Positions 1 to 12,288 are shown, numbered from the stretch's first letter. The stretch is DNA of 64,000 nucleotides from Candidatus Latescibacterota bacterium (GCA_965203805.1 OZ241917.1:1216001-1280000), one strand, 5' to 3'. A program made the numbers and translations. The notes: generated by a model not told the origin, from the sequence alone.

Positions 1-197
1 AGATCGCCCGATTCCACCGTTTCCCGCGGATCCTCCGGGTCCGCGGTGACAGGGATCTGGAAGTAGATTTCGTCGCCCCACGTGTTGAAGCCGCTCCGGA
101 TGGGCAACTCGGCCAGGATCCGGGACGCGGTTTCGGAATCGTTCAACTCCGCGTCCAGCTCGATTTCTCCGACCGTGATCTTGATGGAATTCGCCAT
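1..197 (-). CDS. Cyclophilin-like fold protein (DUF369/TM1367-like), runs off the window edge
   Basis: Manual translation from ATG at 197: MANSIKITVGEIELDAELNDSETASRILAELPIRSGFNTWGDEIYF; 'WGDEIYF' is typical of this family. Confidence 0.75.
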   Translation of the reverse strand, partial: MANSIKITVGEIELDAELNDSETASRILAELPIRSGFNTWGDEIYFQIPVTADPEDPRETVESGD

Positions 198-488
198 TGG
201 CTTCTTGAAGTCACAAACCCGATTTCAGACTATGGATGGACAGGAAAGACAGGATAAAAACCAAAATGCGCAAGAAAGGCACGTGAAAGCACGAGAAAAC
301 GTGTAACTGCAGTGAATCGATTCACCACGAACCGCACGACATCACTCCGACCACTGCGATCCCAGAACCATTAAGGTTTTCCTTATGCCAACCACTGAAT
401 ATTCAGAAAAACAACAGGTTATTCAACAAAACCGAGAGATTTCGTGAGCTATTCACGTTAAAGGAGAGCAGACGATGAAACAATATTC

Positions 489-581
<93 letters not shown>

Positions 582-915
582 ACAAAAGCGGCTCGAGACC
601 CGGTCAATCAAGCGAAAACGCGTGTATCAACGTCCCGCCCTTTGAATTTGCCATTGCACGATATTCCAGGCGGTTCTTCACGGCCGGGGCACACCGTTCT
701 CTACAAATATTAAGATACAATAATCCACCGATATCCGCAACATTTTCGGGATCAATCAGGATTGCCGGGTCCGGTATCGTGGGAGCCTCGGATTCTGATT
801 TCGTCGTCCTACCCTTCTTGATCCGTATCACAGTTTTCGCTAAATTGCGACCGCATACCATGGATGGAATGGATCATCTCTTTGCGGCCAAATACAAGAC
901 GAGGTTATTCGGAAA

Positions 916-1608
916 ATGAACGACACCATCTGTTGGGACGGACTTACGCAGGCTCGGTCCTGCGACGACAAAGAGGCCGTTGACCGGCACGCTCTGGCCG
1001 ATGCCGCCAGGGATGCCGAATGGACCCGCGTCTTCGAACTTCTCACCAAATACAGGAAATGGTGGCACCCTACCCGGCCTGGGAATTGGGTTAACACCAC
1101 ACGGCCTGACGGATCATCCTGGTATGCGCCTCTACATCAGGCCGCGTGGCACGGCGCGGCGGTCACAGTCGCCGAACGGTTGATCGGTCTGGGCGCGTGG
1201 CGGACGCTCAGGAATGCCCGGGGAGCGCGGCCGTTGGACATTGCCAGACGCAGAGGGAACCGCCACCTGCTACACGTGCTGGCGCCCGAATACAAGCACG
1301 ACATCCCTCACGAGGACCTGTCTGGAATTCAAGCGCACTTCCATGCCGTCATTCGCGGCCGCGCCGATCACCTGGTGGATGAACAGAGACTGCGGTTGCC
1401 GCAATTGGAGCCGTTGCTGGAACTGGATCAACCGGAGATGTGGTTTGCCGTACCGGGTATGGCGGGTGGATTCCACTATCGGCTTCGTTCTGAGTGTGAT
1501 GAGATTCAGCTCGTTTCCGATAGTTGGTGCCGCGTCGTGGGAGGTTCGGGACAGAGACACGAGATCACGTCGCGCGGAAGCCGCCTCGTCGACGAGGGGT
1601 TCGTTTAA
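916..1608 (+). CDS. Ankyrin-repeat protein with unassigned C-terminal domain
   Basis: APLHQAAWHG and ARPLDIA ankyrin motifs; C-terminal WFAVPGMAGGF...SWCRVVGGSGQRHEIT block. Confidence 0.75.
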   Translation: MNDTICWDGLTQARSCDDKEAVDRHALADAARDAEWTRVFELLTKYRKWWHPTRPGNWVNTTRPDGSSWYAPLHQAAWHGAAVTVAERLIGLGAWRTLRNARGARPLDIARRRGNRHLLHVLAPEYKHDIPHEDLSGIQAHFHAVIRGRADHLVDEQRLRLPQLEPLLELDQPEMWFAVPGMAGGFHYRLRSECDEIQLVSDSWCRVVGGSGQRHEITSRGSRLVDEGFV

Positions 1609-1769
1609 CTCGCTGCGTAATGACCGTTGTTCCGTGCGAGCCAAATTCCGACGAATCATTTCACAGCTTTGTTTTTTCCGCGGGAGGCTATCGCGAGTTC
1701 TCGGTGTATGGATTTCGATTCACGAGGTTAGACCGACAAGCAATAGGCGCCACCGAGCACGTCACAGAC

Positions 1770-2663
1770 TCAGATGGTGTCGAAATAAGAGTCTTTGACC
1801 TTGACTTCCTTGACCATCCGTTCTGTAACGTCGACACCGACTCTGTACTTGGCGATGAGTTCGCACAATTCGTCGCCGTCTATCAAGTCGATCGGTGGTG
1901 CGCCGTCCCGGGTCGCTTCCTTTCGCGCTGCGGGTGTAAATGTCCCCGTGGTAATAATCAACCCCTTGTCGCCCCGGCCCACCATCGCGCCACGAAAATC
2001 ACGCACGGCACTAGCGCCAACACCGCCGGCATATCTCTTGCACTGGAAATAGATAGGAAAGCTGACGAGTGACATTCTGTAGAGTCCAACGCCATCCAGT
2101 CCACCGTCCCCGGAACGTCCGACAACTTCAACCTTCTGAAAACCTGCCTCTCTTAGAAGCAGCTTCGCGAGACGCTCAAACCCATCCGGTTTCATCTTCT
2201 TGAGAATCGCGATGAGTGCGGATTTCCAATCGTCTTCTGGAATGGGTTCGGCGTCGTCCTTGCTCGTAGATTTCTCCTTCGCCGCCCTCGTTTCTGCCGC
2301 CCTTCTGCCCGCCAACTTCCGCGCGCCGTCGTAAGCTTTTCGAAGTTCCGCGTCTGCTACATCTTCATCCATATCAAGGTATTTGTTACCTACCGCGGTC
2401 ATCGTGTAGGTCCCGCGCTCAGTACTATCAAATGCACCGATCGCCTTGAGCCAATAAATCGCCCACCCCAATCTGTGTAAAGCCTTCGATTGCCCCGTTG
2501 GTCCAGCGTAAACGACCTCGATTTGCTCATCAGTCAGACCTACTGCACTGACAACCTGGTCCATTATTTCTGTGCGTGCTGCCGAACCGCCAAGATCGTG
2601 CATCACTTTCAAAACCGGCGAGAGTAAATCGGCGATGCCGGGAAGTTCCACGTTATCTGACAT
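1770..2663 (-). CDS. mrr: Mrr-family (Type IV) restriction endonuclease
   Basis: Mrr N-terminal wHTH (LGGSA...RLGWAIYWLK) and catalytic FERL...GRSGDGGLDG...QCKRY...IDLIDG; RBS GAGGAGG before ATG 2663. Confidence 0.92.
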   Translation of the reverse strand: MSDNVELPGIADLLSPVLKVMHDLGGSAARTEIMDQVVSAVGLTDEQIEVVYAGPTGQSKALHRLGWAIYWLKAIGAFDSTERGTYTMTAVGNKYLDMDEDVADAELRKAYDGARKLAGRRAAETRAAKEKSTSKDDAEPIPEDDWKSALIAILKKMKPDGFERLAKLLLREAGFQKVEVVGRSGDGGLDGVGLYRMSLVSFPIYFQCKRYAGGVGASAVRDFRGAMVGRGDKGLIITTGTFTPAARKEATRDGAPPIDLIDGDELCELIAKYRVGVDVTERMVKEVKVKDSYFDTI

Positions 2664-2919
2664 GTGATGAAGCCCTCCTCTCAAATCATGTTTGGATCCC
2701 GGTCCGCTGTTTTCACTCGAATCTGATCCTGCATTGAAGCGACACCTCTATTGCACAAGGCCGGAATCAAGGTGGCAAACTGCACCTAGGCAGTGTCCGG
2801 GCCTTGCCGTTTTTCGGGCAATGGAGATAATCTGGCTTGGGCCTTGTATTCTGAATGTCCCACAGGTCGCGAGCAGTGCACCTGGGCACGAGCGCGTCTC
2901 GGCGTGACGCAATCCCGGA

Positions 2920-2982
2920 AGCCGAACGGAACAGGTGTGCCATCCCCGTCACGTCGTGGAGAGTGAGAAGTCACGTGATCAT
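2920..2982 (-). pseudogene. Possible AlpA-family regulator/excisionase remnant
   Basis: RBS GGAGG, then ATG 2982 reads MIT*LLTLHDVTGMAHLFRSA, resembling the AlpA N-terminus (RLLRLxEVxxxTGLSRS) with a stop at codon 4. Confidence 0.4.
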
Positions 2983-3473
2983 AGGTCCTCCCTTGCTACA
3001 CTAGAGTCCAGTCGCCAGGAGAGCCGCGCTTGTAGATCGTCGCCTCGCTGCGACAGTCGACCCGCGATCACGTAAATTTGTAAATAACTGTATAATAAGC
3101 ACGTATTTCCACTTCTGACTCACAGAAATCTGCTGCCAACTGGGACGCGGGAGGGACTAAATCGGCCTAACTCCTTGCCGCTGCGAAAGGAAGACGAGCG
3201 AGCAGCGGCGAATAAATCTACTCCCTTCTGCTGAGTGGACTCCGTCGTAACGTTCGAAATCCAGAAACAGGTCGAATCAGTCGACACTTAGCTACCGGCG
3301 ATTTCTCGCCGAGCAGATGAACGAACGGGTGGCTTACGTGAACGTGAAACCGTCGAATTGGGGCGGCCAATCGAGCCATAGGTTCAGGCGAAGCTTGGAG
3401 ACCATAGCGATTACTTAGAAGTGGCTTCTGCTTCGACATGGATCGTGCGTGACTGGCCTAGCAGCGTAGGTCC

Positions 3474-4298
3474 CTACAGGACTTCCACCTCTTGGACGGC
3501 TGCCGCTCCTCGTCTGAACCAACCTACGTCAGGTCCGACGGAAAGTAATCCATCGCTGCAAGTTATCGTCCCATCGTATCGGTCTCCGAGGGGGATGGAA
3601 CCGAGAGTCTTGATTATTGCTCTTTCACGAGTCAGGATGCGCTCGGGCTCAGCCGCGCGCTTGTCAACGTCCACCGCCCTGTCTTGTTCGAGATAGAACA
3701 GCCCAACACTGTCGAATACACCACTTCCATCGCCACGTTCCGAGCAACGAACTACCTCAATTCCGGACGGGGAAGTCGCAATGTGCGTGTAAGTGAAGGA
3801 TTCTGTTCCATTCTGCCACTGCACAAACAGCATTCCATTCTGGCGGAATGTAGTGACGTCTCCAAAAAACCGGTTGCTCCGGTTCGCAGCAGTGAGGTTC
3901 ACCGCCACTATGGTCTCGTCCGCGTCTGAGAGCCAGCCGAGCAGTTCCCTGAGAATCAGCGGATGAATGAACTCGTCTCGGACAAATGAGTAACGGCAGT
4001 TGCCGAACGACATATACGGTGACGCCCGGACGACGGCCGCCGTTGCCTCTCCATTCACCGTCTTGTACCACCTGTCTCGGTGCTCTCGAATCATCTTCTG
4101 CTTCGTGGGGTCTCCGCCGTAGGCCCGATGGCAACCGGCACAGAGTGGAGCCGCGTTGTCTTCTGTACTCGCACCGCCATCGGCACCGGGGACGATGTGA
4201 TGGATGTCAATGTCCGGCTTGTGGCAACCGGCGATGCAACAGCGCAAGTCGGCGCGGTCTCGAATCTTCTTCTTTAGTGCTTCTGGGAATCGCGGCAT
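3474..4298 (-). CDS. HNH endonuclease fused to an unknown C-terminal domain
   Basis: N-terminal C..C...HHIVP...GG....N...LCAGCH zinc-HNH motif; about 190 aa unassigned C-terminus. Confidence 0.85.
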   Translation of the reverse strand: MPRFPEALKKKIRDRADLRCCIAGCHKPDIDIHHIVPGADGGASTEDNAAPLCAGCHRAYGGDPTKQKMIREHRDRWYKTVNGEATAAVVRASPYMSFGNCRYSFVRDEFIHPLILRELLGWLSDADETIVAVNLTAANRSNRFFGDVTTFRQNGMLFVQWQNGTESFTYTHIATSPSGIEVVRCSERGDGSGVFDSVGLFYLEQDRAVDVDKRAAEPERILTRERAIIKTLGSIPLGDRYDGTITCSDGLLSVGPDVGWFRRGAAAVQEVEVL

Positions 4299-4879
4299 TT
4301 CCTGATACCTCTCGGTGACTGGCAGTCGTGTGCGACATCACCAATATATGACAGAGCGCATCGAACCATACGATGGCGGGCACCTCGTACATCCGAATCG
4401 CAGGGATCCGCGCTTCAGCCTCAACAGCCACCCGTCAGCAGCACCTCAAAATCTGCCACGGTCGGCATCGTCAAGACGATGCAGGGGCATGACGATTAGA
4501 AGGGTACACCCGGAACTGAGGCTTGGTCGGTGAGTACACTGGCGCTTCCTGTGCGTGGCAGAGTCTTCTGGCGTTGGTTACCTAGCCTACACTAACCGGT
4601 AGTGGCGTCCCATGAGGGCCTTAACTTCATCGTCGATTTTCTCGATTGAGAAGAGAGCGGAGCTTGAGTGAGATGACTGAGTTCTTGCTGTATGGAATCC
4701 ACGGCGAGAGGTAAAATCGTCTCAGTTTGAGGTCTGCGGCTTCTCGGCGCAGACGGCCACACTGCGATAGGCTGCGCAGTGACAGATACGTAACCCCTGA
4801 GACCGACTCGTGCTTTGATAAGAGTAGTAGTCGGTCAGAGGTTTCCACGTCTGGTATGTGCTACAGAATTTCGCGTCTA

Positions 4880-4910
4880 AACGGGATGGCCGTATCACGG
4901 CCATCCCGTT
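4880..4910. repeat. Perfect 14-bp inverted repeat
   Basis: AACGGGATGGCCGT-ATC-ACGGCCATCCCGTT. Confidence 0.85.
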
Positions 4911-5110
4911 GTTCCTCGCTGCGAGTTACTGACACCTGTACTGCTCGCGCGGATCCGTATCAAGTTGTCCGGAGCGTATGCCGCTCCAATTGATTACAGC
5001 GCGGCAAATCACCGGTACCTTCGTTTGCTCATTCGGTGCCGAGCGTGTTCCTTTTGACTATGCCGGTTCCGCTCCTCTTAGCGTGGATGTTTCGGTGGGC
5101 GGACTTTGGT

Positions 5111-8100
5111 TTACTCCAAATTCTCCGTTGACAATTCTGCCTGTCGCAAGACGAGCTGCGTCGCGTCTTCGGCCAGATCCGGAGGGTAGCCGTACTTTGC
5201 GAGCAGCCGGCGAACATTGCGCCGCAGACTCGCCCGTACGGACTCGCGTTGGGTCCAGTCAAGCTTGGGCATGCTCTTAACCATTTCGGTCAGTTTGCGA
5301 GCCATGAGGCGTAGCGTATCGCTCTGCATCGCTTCTCTGGCTGACTCGTTCTCCGCCAGGGCGTCGTAAAAGGCAGTTTCCTCGCTGCTCAGACCCAGTT
5401 CTTCACCGTGGCGTTGCGCGTCCCTTAGACTCTTCGCCAAGTCAATCAGCCGCGAGATCATCTCGGCGGTGGTGATCGCCCTGTTCGTATAGCGCAACAT
5501 CGCGTTTTCCAGGGCGTCGCGAAACTTTCGGCTCCGGACAATGTTCGTGCGCTCGGTGATACGAATCTGATCATTGAGCAGCTTGCGCAGCGTCTCCAAA
5601 GCCAAGCTCTTCTGCTCCAGTGCCGCCACCCGACCAAGGAACTCATCGCTAAGGATGCCGAGGCGGGCTTCCGACAGCCCCGCGACGGCGAACAGGTCGA
5701 TTACTTCGTCGGCATCGATCGCGCCGCCGATCACCTGGCGCACGGCGGCGTCGACGTCGCGTTTCCGAGCTTGACCGTCGCCATCGTCGGTATCGTCAAT
5801 CAGTCGTTTTCGAATCATCGCCACCACACGCTGGTAGAACGCGAGGTGTGCCGTGATGGCCTCGGTCTCCGGGCGCGGAACCGCCAACGCGAAGGCCGCC
5901 GACAGCTCCTTGACCAGTTTCCGCAGGCGCTTCCAGCCGTCGTTCTGCCCAAAGACGTGATCAATCGTGCGTAGATACACCCCAAGCACGGCTTTCGGTT
6001 TGGTGTCGAGCGCATGCTCGTAGTCGCAACCGTGGAAGAAGTCGCGCAGTTTCTCGAAGGCTGCCTGCATGGCAGGCACAGCCTCGTTTTGCACCCTCCT
6101 GACCGCCTCGCCCGTGCCGCCGGCATGGGTGTACGTCGCAAGCGCATCTGCCAACTGGTCGGCCAGACCCAGAAGGTCCACGATTAATCCACCGGGCTTG
6201 TCTCCGTGAACGCGATTCACGCGTGCGATAGCCTGCATCAGGTTGTGCCCGGCCAGCGGCTTATCCAGATACATGGTGTGTGCCGGCGGACAGTCGAAGC
6301 CGGTGAGCCACATGTCGCAGACGATCACCAAGCGTAGATTGTCGTGGGGGGCCTTGAAGCGCTCCGCCAGACGCTTGCGGGCGGTCTTGGTGCGCGCATG
6401 GCTCCTGAGCGGCTCGGGATCTTCTTGGCTGCCGGTCACGACCACCTTCATCGCCCCCTTTGCGTCGTCGACGTCGTGCCAGTCCGGGCGAAGTGTGCGG
6501 ATGGCCTCGTAGAGCCGCGCGGCAATGTCGCGGCTCATGGTCACGACCATCGCCTTGCCTTCCATAGCGGCGCGGCGCTTCTCCCAGTGTTCGACGATGA
6601 ACGCCGCAAGGCGTTCGATGCGCTCCTGGGCACCGACCAGGGACTCCAGTGGTACTCGGATGCTGTCATCCGCCCCTTCTCCACCGCGGTCGAGGTTGGC
6701 AACGTACTCAACATGCTCCTCGGCGACGCCCGCGCGCTCCTCGTCCACCTTCAGTTTAATGACGCGCGATTCGTAGTAGAGCGGCTGCGTGGCGCCATCC
6801 TCGACGGACTGGCGGATGTCGTAGACGTCCGCGTACTCGCCGAAGACGTGGGTCGTGTTTCTGTCGTCCCGTTCTAGCGGCGTGCCGGTGAAGCCGACGA
6901 ACGTGGCGTTCGGGAGCGCCTCCCGCATCCAGCGCGCGCCGCCCTCGACGAAGCCATACTGGCTGCGGTGGGCCTCGTCGGCCATAACGACCACGTTCGA
7001 ACGCTCCGAGACCACGCCGTGTGCCTCAGCAAACTTCTGAATCGTCGTGAACACCACCCCACCTGCCGCGTGGTCGAGCAAGGCCTTGAGATGCTCCCGG
7101 CTCACGGCCTGGACCGGATCCTGACGAAGCAGCGCGCGCCCGGCAGCGAAGGTCTCGAAGAGCTGATCGTCCAGATCGTTGCGGTCGGTGATCATGACGA
7201 TCGTCGGGTTGGTCATGCGCGACTCTCGGATCAGCCCCCCGGCCAACATCAACATAGTCAGCGACTTGCCCGAGCCCTGGGTATGCCAGATCACACCCCC
7301 GCGACCATCGCCCGTGCCGGACGGCGGCTTGAGACGCGCAAGCACGCTGGCGCGCGCATTGCGCACCGCGCGGAACTGGTGGTAGCCTGCGATGTTCTTG
7401 GCGATCTCGCCACGTTCGTCCTCCTCGAAAGTGACACAGGTTCGCAGGTAGTCGACCAACGTCCGCGGATGGAACAGGCCCCGGATCAGCGCCTCCAGGG
7501 TCGGCGCGCCTCCATCCTCACCACCGTCGATCCGGCGCCACGGCATGAAGCGGCCACGCCCGCTGGTGATCGAGCCGACGCGGTTCAGCATGCCGTCCGA
7601 GACCACCAGCACCAAGTTCGGCACGAACAGTTCGGGGGCGGTCTGCATGTAACGATCGAGTTGGTCGATGGCCGCACCTAGATTTGCGTGGGTGTGGGTC
7701 GGGTGTTTCAGCTCAATCACCGCGATCGGCAGCCCGTTCAGGAATACTGTCAGGTCCGGGCGGACGATCTTACCCGATGGCCCCGCAACACTGAGCTGGC
7801 GGACCACCAGAAGCTCGTTCGCGGCCGAGTTGTCGAAGTCGACCAGCCGTGCCCGCCGTCCACGGATTTCGCCACTCTTCGCGTCGCGGCACTCGATCTC
7901 GACGCCGTCGGTGAGCATTGCGTGGAACCAGCGGTTATTCTGGATTAGTGTCGGATGCGGCGGGCGCGAGAGGATGCGTACGACCCCCTCGATGGTGTCG
8001 TGCGGCAGATCGGGGTTGAGGCGATGCAGCGCGGATGCGAGGCGGCCCGTCAACATGGCCTGGGACGTATCGCCGCGCTCGCCAGCGTCGTCGATCTCGG

Positions 8101-8185
8101 CGTTGCATTTCACAGCCACGCCGGTCTCTCCGAAGTACAGAGGTGTCAGGTCTTCGACGAACTGTTCGTTGAGTCGTGCCATCAT
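5111..8185 (-). CDS. hsdR: Type I restriction endonuclease subunit R
   Basis: PD...IELK nuclease motif, HTQGSGKS Walker [30 protein letters not shown]. Confidence 0.97.
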   Translation of the reverse strand: MMARLNEQFVEDLTPLYFGETGVAVKCNAEIDDAGERGDTSQAMLTGRLASALHRLNPDLPHDTIEGVVRILSRPPHPTLIQNNRWFHAMLTDGVEIECRDAKSGEIRGRRARLVDFDNSAANELLVVRQLSVAGPSGKIVRPDLTVFLNGLPIAVIELKHPTHTHANLGAAIDQLDRYMQTAPELFVPNLVLVVSDGMLNRVGSITSGRGRFMPWRRIDGGEDGGAPTLEALIRGLFHPRTLVDYLRTCVTFEEDERGEIAKNIAGYHQFRAVRNARASVLARLKPPSGTGDGRGGVIWHTQGSGKSLTMLMLAGGLIRESRMTNPTIVMITDRNDLDDQLFETFAAGRALLRQDPVQAVSREHLKALLDHAAGGVVFTTIQKFAEAHGVVSERSNVVVMADEAHRSQYGFVEGGARWMREALPNATFVGFTGTPLERDDRNTTHVFGEYADVYDIRQSVEDGATQPLYYESRVIKLKVDEERAGVAEEHVEYVANLDRGGEGADDSIRVPLESLVGAQERIERLAAFIVEHWEKRRAAMEGKAMVVTMSRDIAARLYEAIRTLRPDWHDVDDAKGAMKVVVTGSQEDPEPLRSHARTKTARKRLAERFKAPHDNLRLVIVCDMWLTGFDCPPAHTMYLDKPLAGHNLMQAIARVNRVHGDKPGGLIVDLLGLADQLADALATYTHAGGTGEAVRRVQNEAVPAMQAAFEKLRDFFHGCDYEHALDTKPKAVLGVYLRTIDHVFGQNDGWKRLRKLVKELSAAFALAVPRPETEAITAHLAFYQRVVAMIRKRLIDDTDDGDGQARKRDVDAAVRQVIGGAIDADEVIDLFAVAGLSEARLGILSDEFLGRVAALEQKSLALETLRKLLNDQIRITERTNIVRSRKFRDALENAMLRYTNRAITTAEMISRLIDLAKSLRDAQRHGEELGLSSEETAFYDALAENESAREAMQSDTLRLMARKLTEMVKSMPKLDWTQRESVRASLRRNVRRLLAKYGYPPDLAEDATQLVLRQAELSTENLE

Positions 8186-9303
8186 ACGCCCTCCCCAACC
8201 CGATCTAGTAGACTTTCGAAGCGTACAAGCCGGTCTTCATGGGGTCCCGATGGCGAAGTCTTGGTAGTCGAATCAGCTACGCACTCCATGTGCCATTCAT
8301 TATCCTTCTTGAATCTGAATCCCCACACGCTGGTCCGATGCCCAGATTCGCTGTCGGCGGCATATAAGAACGGACTGAGGTCCAAAGTCAGTTCGCCCAT
8401 ACGAGCGAACACCCTGTCCATTTCGTCGACCGATATTGCAGACATCACAAGCACCGCTGCGTCGGTGTCAAGGGCGAGTTCACTAATGCGGCGACTCTGT
8501 GCGTGGCCATTCAATAGCTCGATATCTGCTTTGCCTCCAGCTTGAATGCTGTGGATGCGTATCAGGTCAATATTCTGCATATCGCGCAGGTCAAGCAATA
8601 TTTCGCGCAGCAAAGGATATGCTTCTTCGATGACCGCTTTCGCCTGTACCTCAGACAGTGCTGATGCATGGGAAAAGGCGTTGCGTACAACATTGAGCCG
8701 CCGAACTTCCCCGAGCACATCTACGGGAAGCAATGAGGCAACCTTCAGGTCGAGCCCCAACTCCTCTGCCCGATGCAGCACACCTTCGATGAGGCCGATA
8801 CGCACCGCCAGCTTGTCAGAGAGCAGATCTCGACGTCTGCACTCTCGCCGCCTCTGCCCCACTCCATCACGAAGAACTAGTGGTTTCATGCATGTCGCAA
8901 CTACCGCAGCTTCGGACAGTGCAAGCGCCGCCAGAAGACGAATTAGAGATTCCCACGTGTCACGCAGGCGGTGCAATCGGGTAAGTGACGAGCGGGTTCC
9001 CTCTAGGAAGCTATGGAACGGCACCGCAATAGGTGCTGGAAACTGCTCACACACAGCCTGCTCTAAATCCGTGCGAATCATCGCTGAACAATCGTCACGA
9101 CCGCGCCGGGCGGCGTCAGGGGCCATTGTCTCCAACACGTCGGCAGGATGAAACTGCTCTTGCCCGATTTCGATCATTCGATACGAGGATTCACACCAAA
9201 CACGATAATCTTCATCGTCTCTTCTTTTTCGCCGCTCGGTAAGGCGCTGATCGGGATCAAGGCGTTCTGCTTCCAATTGATCGCGGGAGGGCGAGTCTGT
9301 CAC
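8182..9303 (-). CDS. Uncharacterised protein with HEPN-like RxxxxH motif inside the hsd operon
   Basis: GTG 9303 overlaps the hsdS stop (GTGA); its stop overlaps the hsdR ATG (ATGA); motif RNAFSH at 8668-8685. Confidence 0.75.
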   Translation of the reverse strand: MTDSPSRDQLEAERLDPDQRLTERRKRRDDEDYRVWCESSYRMIEIGQEQFHPADVLETMAPDAARRGRDDCSAMIRTDLEQAVCEQFPAPIAVPFHSFLEGTRSSLTRLHRLRDTWESLIRLLAALALSEAAVVATCMKPLVLRDGVGQRRRECRRRDLLSDKLAVRIGLIEGVLHRAEELGLDLKVASLLPVDVLGEVRRLNVVRNAFSHASALSEVQAKAVIEEAYPLLREILLDLRDMQNIDLIRIHSIQAGGKADIELLNGHAQSRRISELALDTDAAVLVMSAISVDEMDRVFARMGELTLDLSPFLYAADSESGHRTSVWGFRFKKDNEWHMECVADSTTKTSPSGPHEDRLVRFESLLDRVGEGV

Positions 9304-10610
9304 GAACGCACCCTCACAGTTCCCGATAGAAGCTTTGGAAGGAGGTAATCGCGTACCTGCGTCAAGTGCAGATTTTCCTCCACGCAAGCCGCGAGTAGTT
9401 CAAAAAGAGGATCAGACGTTTGCTGATAGGCGGAGATCACGTCGTCTATTGGCAGAACCACCGGGAGGGGGCGGAAGTTCTTCTTGCTGATCTCGGGGAA
9501 GGTTGTTCCGCTCGCGCGGGCCTTGATTACGTCCATCGAGGTCAACGCCCAGTTAAGAACGTAGATGGGCGGCAGCGGGCCGTCACACACCATCGCGATG
9601 AATCCCTGGTTGATCGCGGTAGGCACCCTAGCGATTCCCAGGTAGCCGACTGGAGCACGCGATGACATCAGCACCGTACCAACGGGTAGCATGCCGGAGC
9701 TAATCGAGTTGAGCGCCGCATCCGTGATGCGGCGCTCCGTGTCCAGCAACACCGGATGCGAGAGCCTCGACATGTCCTTCGGGGTCACCCAACAGTGCTC
9801 GCCGCCGTCCCAGTATTCAGGATTCTTCGTGTTCGGGGTGCCACCACCCTTCGTTGTGACCACATCGCCGATCGCTTTCACCTCCCACCCCTCCGGCACG
9901 GGGCCGATGTCGGAATCCACAAAGCGGGTGGGCAGTGCGTCGAAAACTTGCTGGGGCATGGAAGGGAAGGAGGTCGCGCCGGCGGCCTTGGCCTTCACTG
10001 GCTCGAAGTCTACGAACCACGCCCGGAATATCGCACGCGCCAGCCGCTCCAGCGCCCGCGCCGTCTGCTGGTTCTGCTCGATCTTGTCGTCGAGCGCGCC
10101 GAGGACACCAGCGATGTCCCGCTGTTCGGTGATTGCCGGGAGCGTTGTCTCGAACTCGCAAATCCGCCCAGGTGATGTATGGCGAACTGTGGATCCTGAA
10201 GCGGTCGCCAAAATGTGGTGTCTGTAGTCGCTGGCGCGAAGGCGATAGAACAGGAAGCGCTTGTCCGCCTCAACTCCCTCCTTGATTTCAACCAATCCAA
10301 TTCTCTGGTTATGCAAGTAGCGTCTTCCGAGCGTCCGCGGAACGAGGGCTGGATAGCCGAGCGTATCGCCAGCCTTGCTTAGATCCGTCATCGTGACTAC
10401 TAGATCGCCCTCTTGCAGGATGTAGTCATCCGGTACAGGTCCCGCGTAATACTTCGGCTTGTTGTTTAGGAAGCCTCCGCCAATGGCAAAATTGCCAGGT
10501 GTCACGAGCACGTATGGTGTCTCAGATTCAGTGAAGTACTCACCCTTGAATGCACAACCGTGTTTCACACGTATGTAAATTCCAAGTGTACGCGGGGCAG
10601 CGTCATCCAT
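9300..10610 (-). CDS. hsdS: Type I R-M specificity subunit
   Basis: Two TRDs, [22 protein letters not shown] spacer, [20 protein letters not shown] terminus; ATG overlaps hsdM end. Confidence 0.96.
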   Translation of the reverse strand: MDDAAPRTLGIYIRVKHGCAFKGEYFTESETPYVLVTPGNFAIGGGFLNNKPKYYAGPVPDDYILQEGDLVVTMTDLSKAGDTLGYPALVPRTLGRRYLHNQRIGLVEIKEGVEADKRFLFYRLRASDYRHHILATASGSTVRHTSPGRICEFETTLPAITEQRDIAGVLGALDDKIEQNQQTARALERLARAIFRAWFVDFEPVKAKAAGATSFPSMPQQVFDALPTRFVDSDIGPVPEGWEVKAIGDVVTTKGGGTPNTKNPEYWDGGEHCWVTPKDMSRLSHPVLLDTERRITDAALNSISSGMLPVGTVLMSSRAPVGYLGIARVPTAINQGFIAMVCDGPLPPIYVLNWALTSMDVIKARASGTTFPEISKKNFRPLPVVLPIDDVISAYQQTSDPLFELLAACVEENLHLTQVRDYLLPKLLSGTVRVRS

Positions 10611-12288
10611 CGGCTTTGACTCCCCCAAGTCGTTCCCGCACCACCGCCATCAGCCGCTCCCCCTCGCCAAAGCACTCCACTAGCTCAGCCAGCAGACGCG
10701 GGTACATGTCTGCGAACGGCTCGCCATCGTCCTCGACTTCCTCCGCGCCGACGTAGCGGCCGGGGGTAAGCACGAAGCCGTGCTTACCAATGCGCGCGAT
10801 CGTCTCGGCCTTACAGAAACCGGCGATGTCGCGGTAGGCCCATTTGCCGTGCTGCGCTTCATTCCACCAGTCGGGCGGGGGCTCGCCCCGCCACTGGCGG
10901 AAGGCGTAGACGATGCGGCCGAGGTCGGAATCGAAGTTCGAGTCGCCCGTGCCGTCGGCCATCATGCTTTCGCCATCGTCGCCGCCGGTGAGCACGCGAA
11001 GCGTGCGGGTCCGCATCGTGCCGAGCTTGCGGGCGTCGATGAAGAGCGTCTCGCCCTTGCGGTCACGTCCACCGTGCTTGAGGTTCCTGCCGGTCTTGTC
11101 ACGGGTGAGGAACCAGAGGCAGGCGGGGATGCCGGTGGTCAGGAAGAGTTGAGCAGGCAACGCGACGATGCAGTCCACCAGATCGGCCTCGACAATGCGC
11201 TGGCGGATTTCGCCCTCGCCGCCGGAGCCGGTGGAGAGCGAGCCGTTGGCCATGACGAAGCCGGCGACTCCGCCTCCGTGGCCGTTAGGCGGCGCCATGT
11301 GGTGGATGAAGTGCTGAATCCAGGCGTAGTTGGCATTGCCGACGGGTGGTGTGCCGTGACGCCAGCGCACGTCGTCCGCCAGCAGCTTGCCCGACCAGTC
11401 CGAGATGTTGAACGGCGGATTGGCGAGGATGTAATCGGCCTTGAGGTCGGGGTGCAGGTCGCGCAGGAAGCTGTCGGCGGGCTGAGAGCCAAGGTTGGCC
11501 TCGATGCCGCGGATAGCCAGGTTCATGTGAGCCAGCCGCCAAGTCGTTGGATTAGACTCCTGGCCGAAGATCGAGATATCGGTCTTCTGTCCGCCGTGCG
11601 CCTCCACGAAGCGTTCGGACTGCACGAACATGCCCGCCGAGCCGCAGCAGGGGTCGTAGACGCGGCCCTCATACGGCTCGAGCATCTCGACCAGCAGCCG
11701 CACGACACAACGTGGCGTGAAGAACTCGCCGCCGAGCTTGCCCTCGGCCTGGGCAAACTTGCCGAGGAAGTACTCGTAAACCCGGCCGAGCGTGTCGCGG
11801 GCTTTAGCGCGGTCGCCCTTGAAGCCAATGTCGGCGATCAGGTCGATCAACCCCTTCATTTTTTCCGGCGCGATGCCGCGACGGGCGTAATCGCGGGGCA
11901 GCTTGCCCTTGAGGTTCGGGTTGTCGCGCTCGACGGCGAGGATGGCGTCGTCGATCAGCGTGGCGACATCCGGCCGCGCGGCCTGGTTCTGGAGCTTCTG
12001 CCAGCGTGCCTCGGGCGGCACCCAGAAGATCCGTTCGGCAGTGTATTCGTCGCGGCTCTCCAGCAGGCTTTCGATCTGAGGTCCGCTGATGCCGTCGGCT
12101 TCCAGTTCGCCCTCGAGATCGCGGCGCCGCACCTCAAAGGAGTCGGAAATGTACTTCAGGAAGAGCAGGCCGAGGACGACGTGTTTGTACTCGGCAGCGT
12201 CGATCTGACCGCGCAGGGCGTCGGCCGACTTCCAGAGGACTTCGGCGTAGGCCAATTCGGTGGTGGGTACAATGCCATTCTTCGTCAT
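10603..12288 (-). CDS. hsdM: Type I R-M N6-adenine methyltransferase
   Basis: [26 protein letters not shown] (motif I), NPPF (motif IV), LTPGRYVG. Confidence 0.97.
   Translation of the reverse strand: MTKNGIVPTTELAYAEVLWKSADALRGQIDAAEYKHVVLGLLFLKYISDSFEVRRRDLEGELEADGISGPQIESLLESRDEYTAERIFWVPPEARWQKLQNQAARPDVATLIDDAILAVERDNPNLKGKLPRDYARRGIAPEKMKGLIDLIADIGFKGDRAKARDTLGRVYEYFLGKFAQAEGKLGGEFFTPRCVVRLLVEMLEPYEGRVYDPCCGSAGMFVQSERFVEAHGGQKTDISIFGQESNPTTWRLAHMNLAIRGIEANLGSQPADSFLRDLHPDLKADYILANPPFNISDWSGKLLADDVRWRHGTPPVGNANYAWIQHFIHHMAPPNGHGGGVAGFVMANGSLSTGSGGEGEIRQRIVEADLVDCIVALPAQLFLTTGIPACLWFLTRDKTGRNLKHGGRDRKGETLFIDARKLGTMRTRTLRVLTGGDDGESMMADGTGDSNFDSDLGRIVYAFRQWRGEPPPDWWNEAQHGKWAYRDIAGFCKAETIARIGKHGFVLTPGRYVGAEEVEDDGEPFADMYPRLLAELVECFGEGERLMAVVRERLGGVKADG

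Noticed and set aside
2990-3470. Short ORFs and possible ncRNA between mrr and HNH
   Set aside because: No recognisable motif, repeat array or convincing structure
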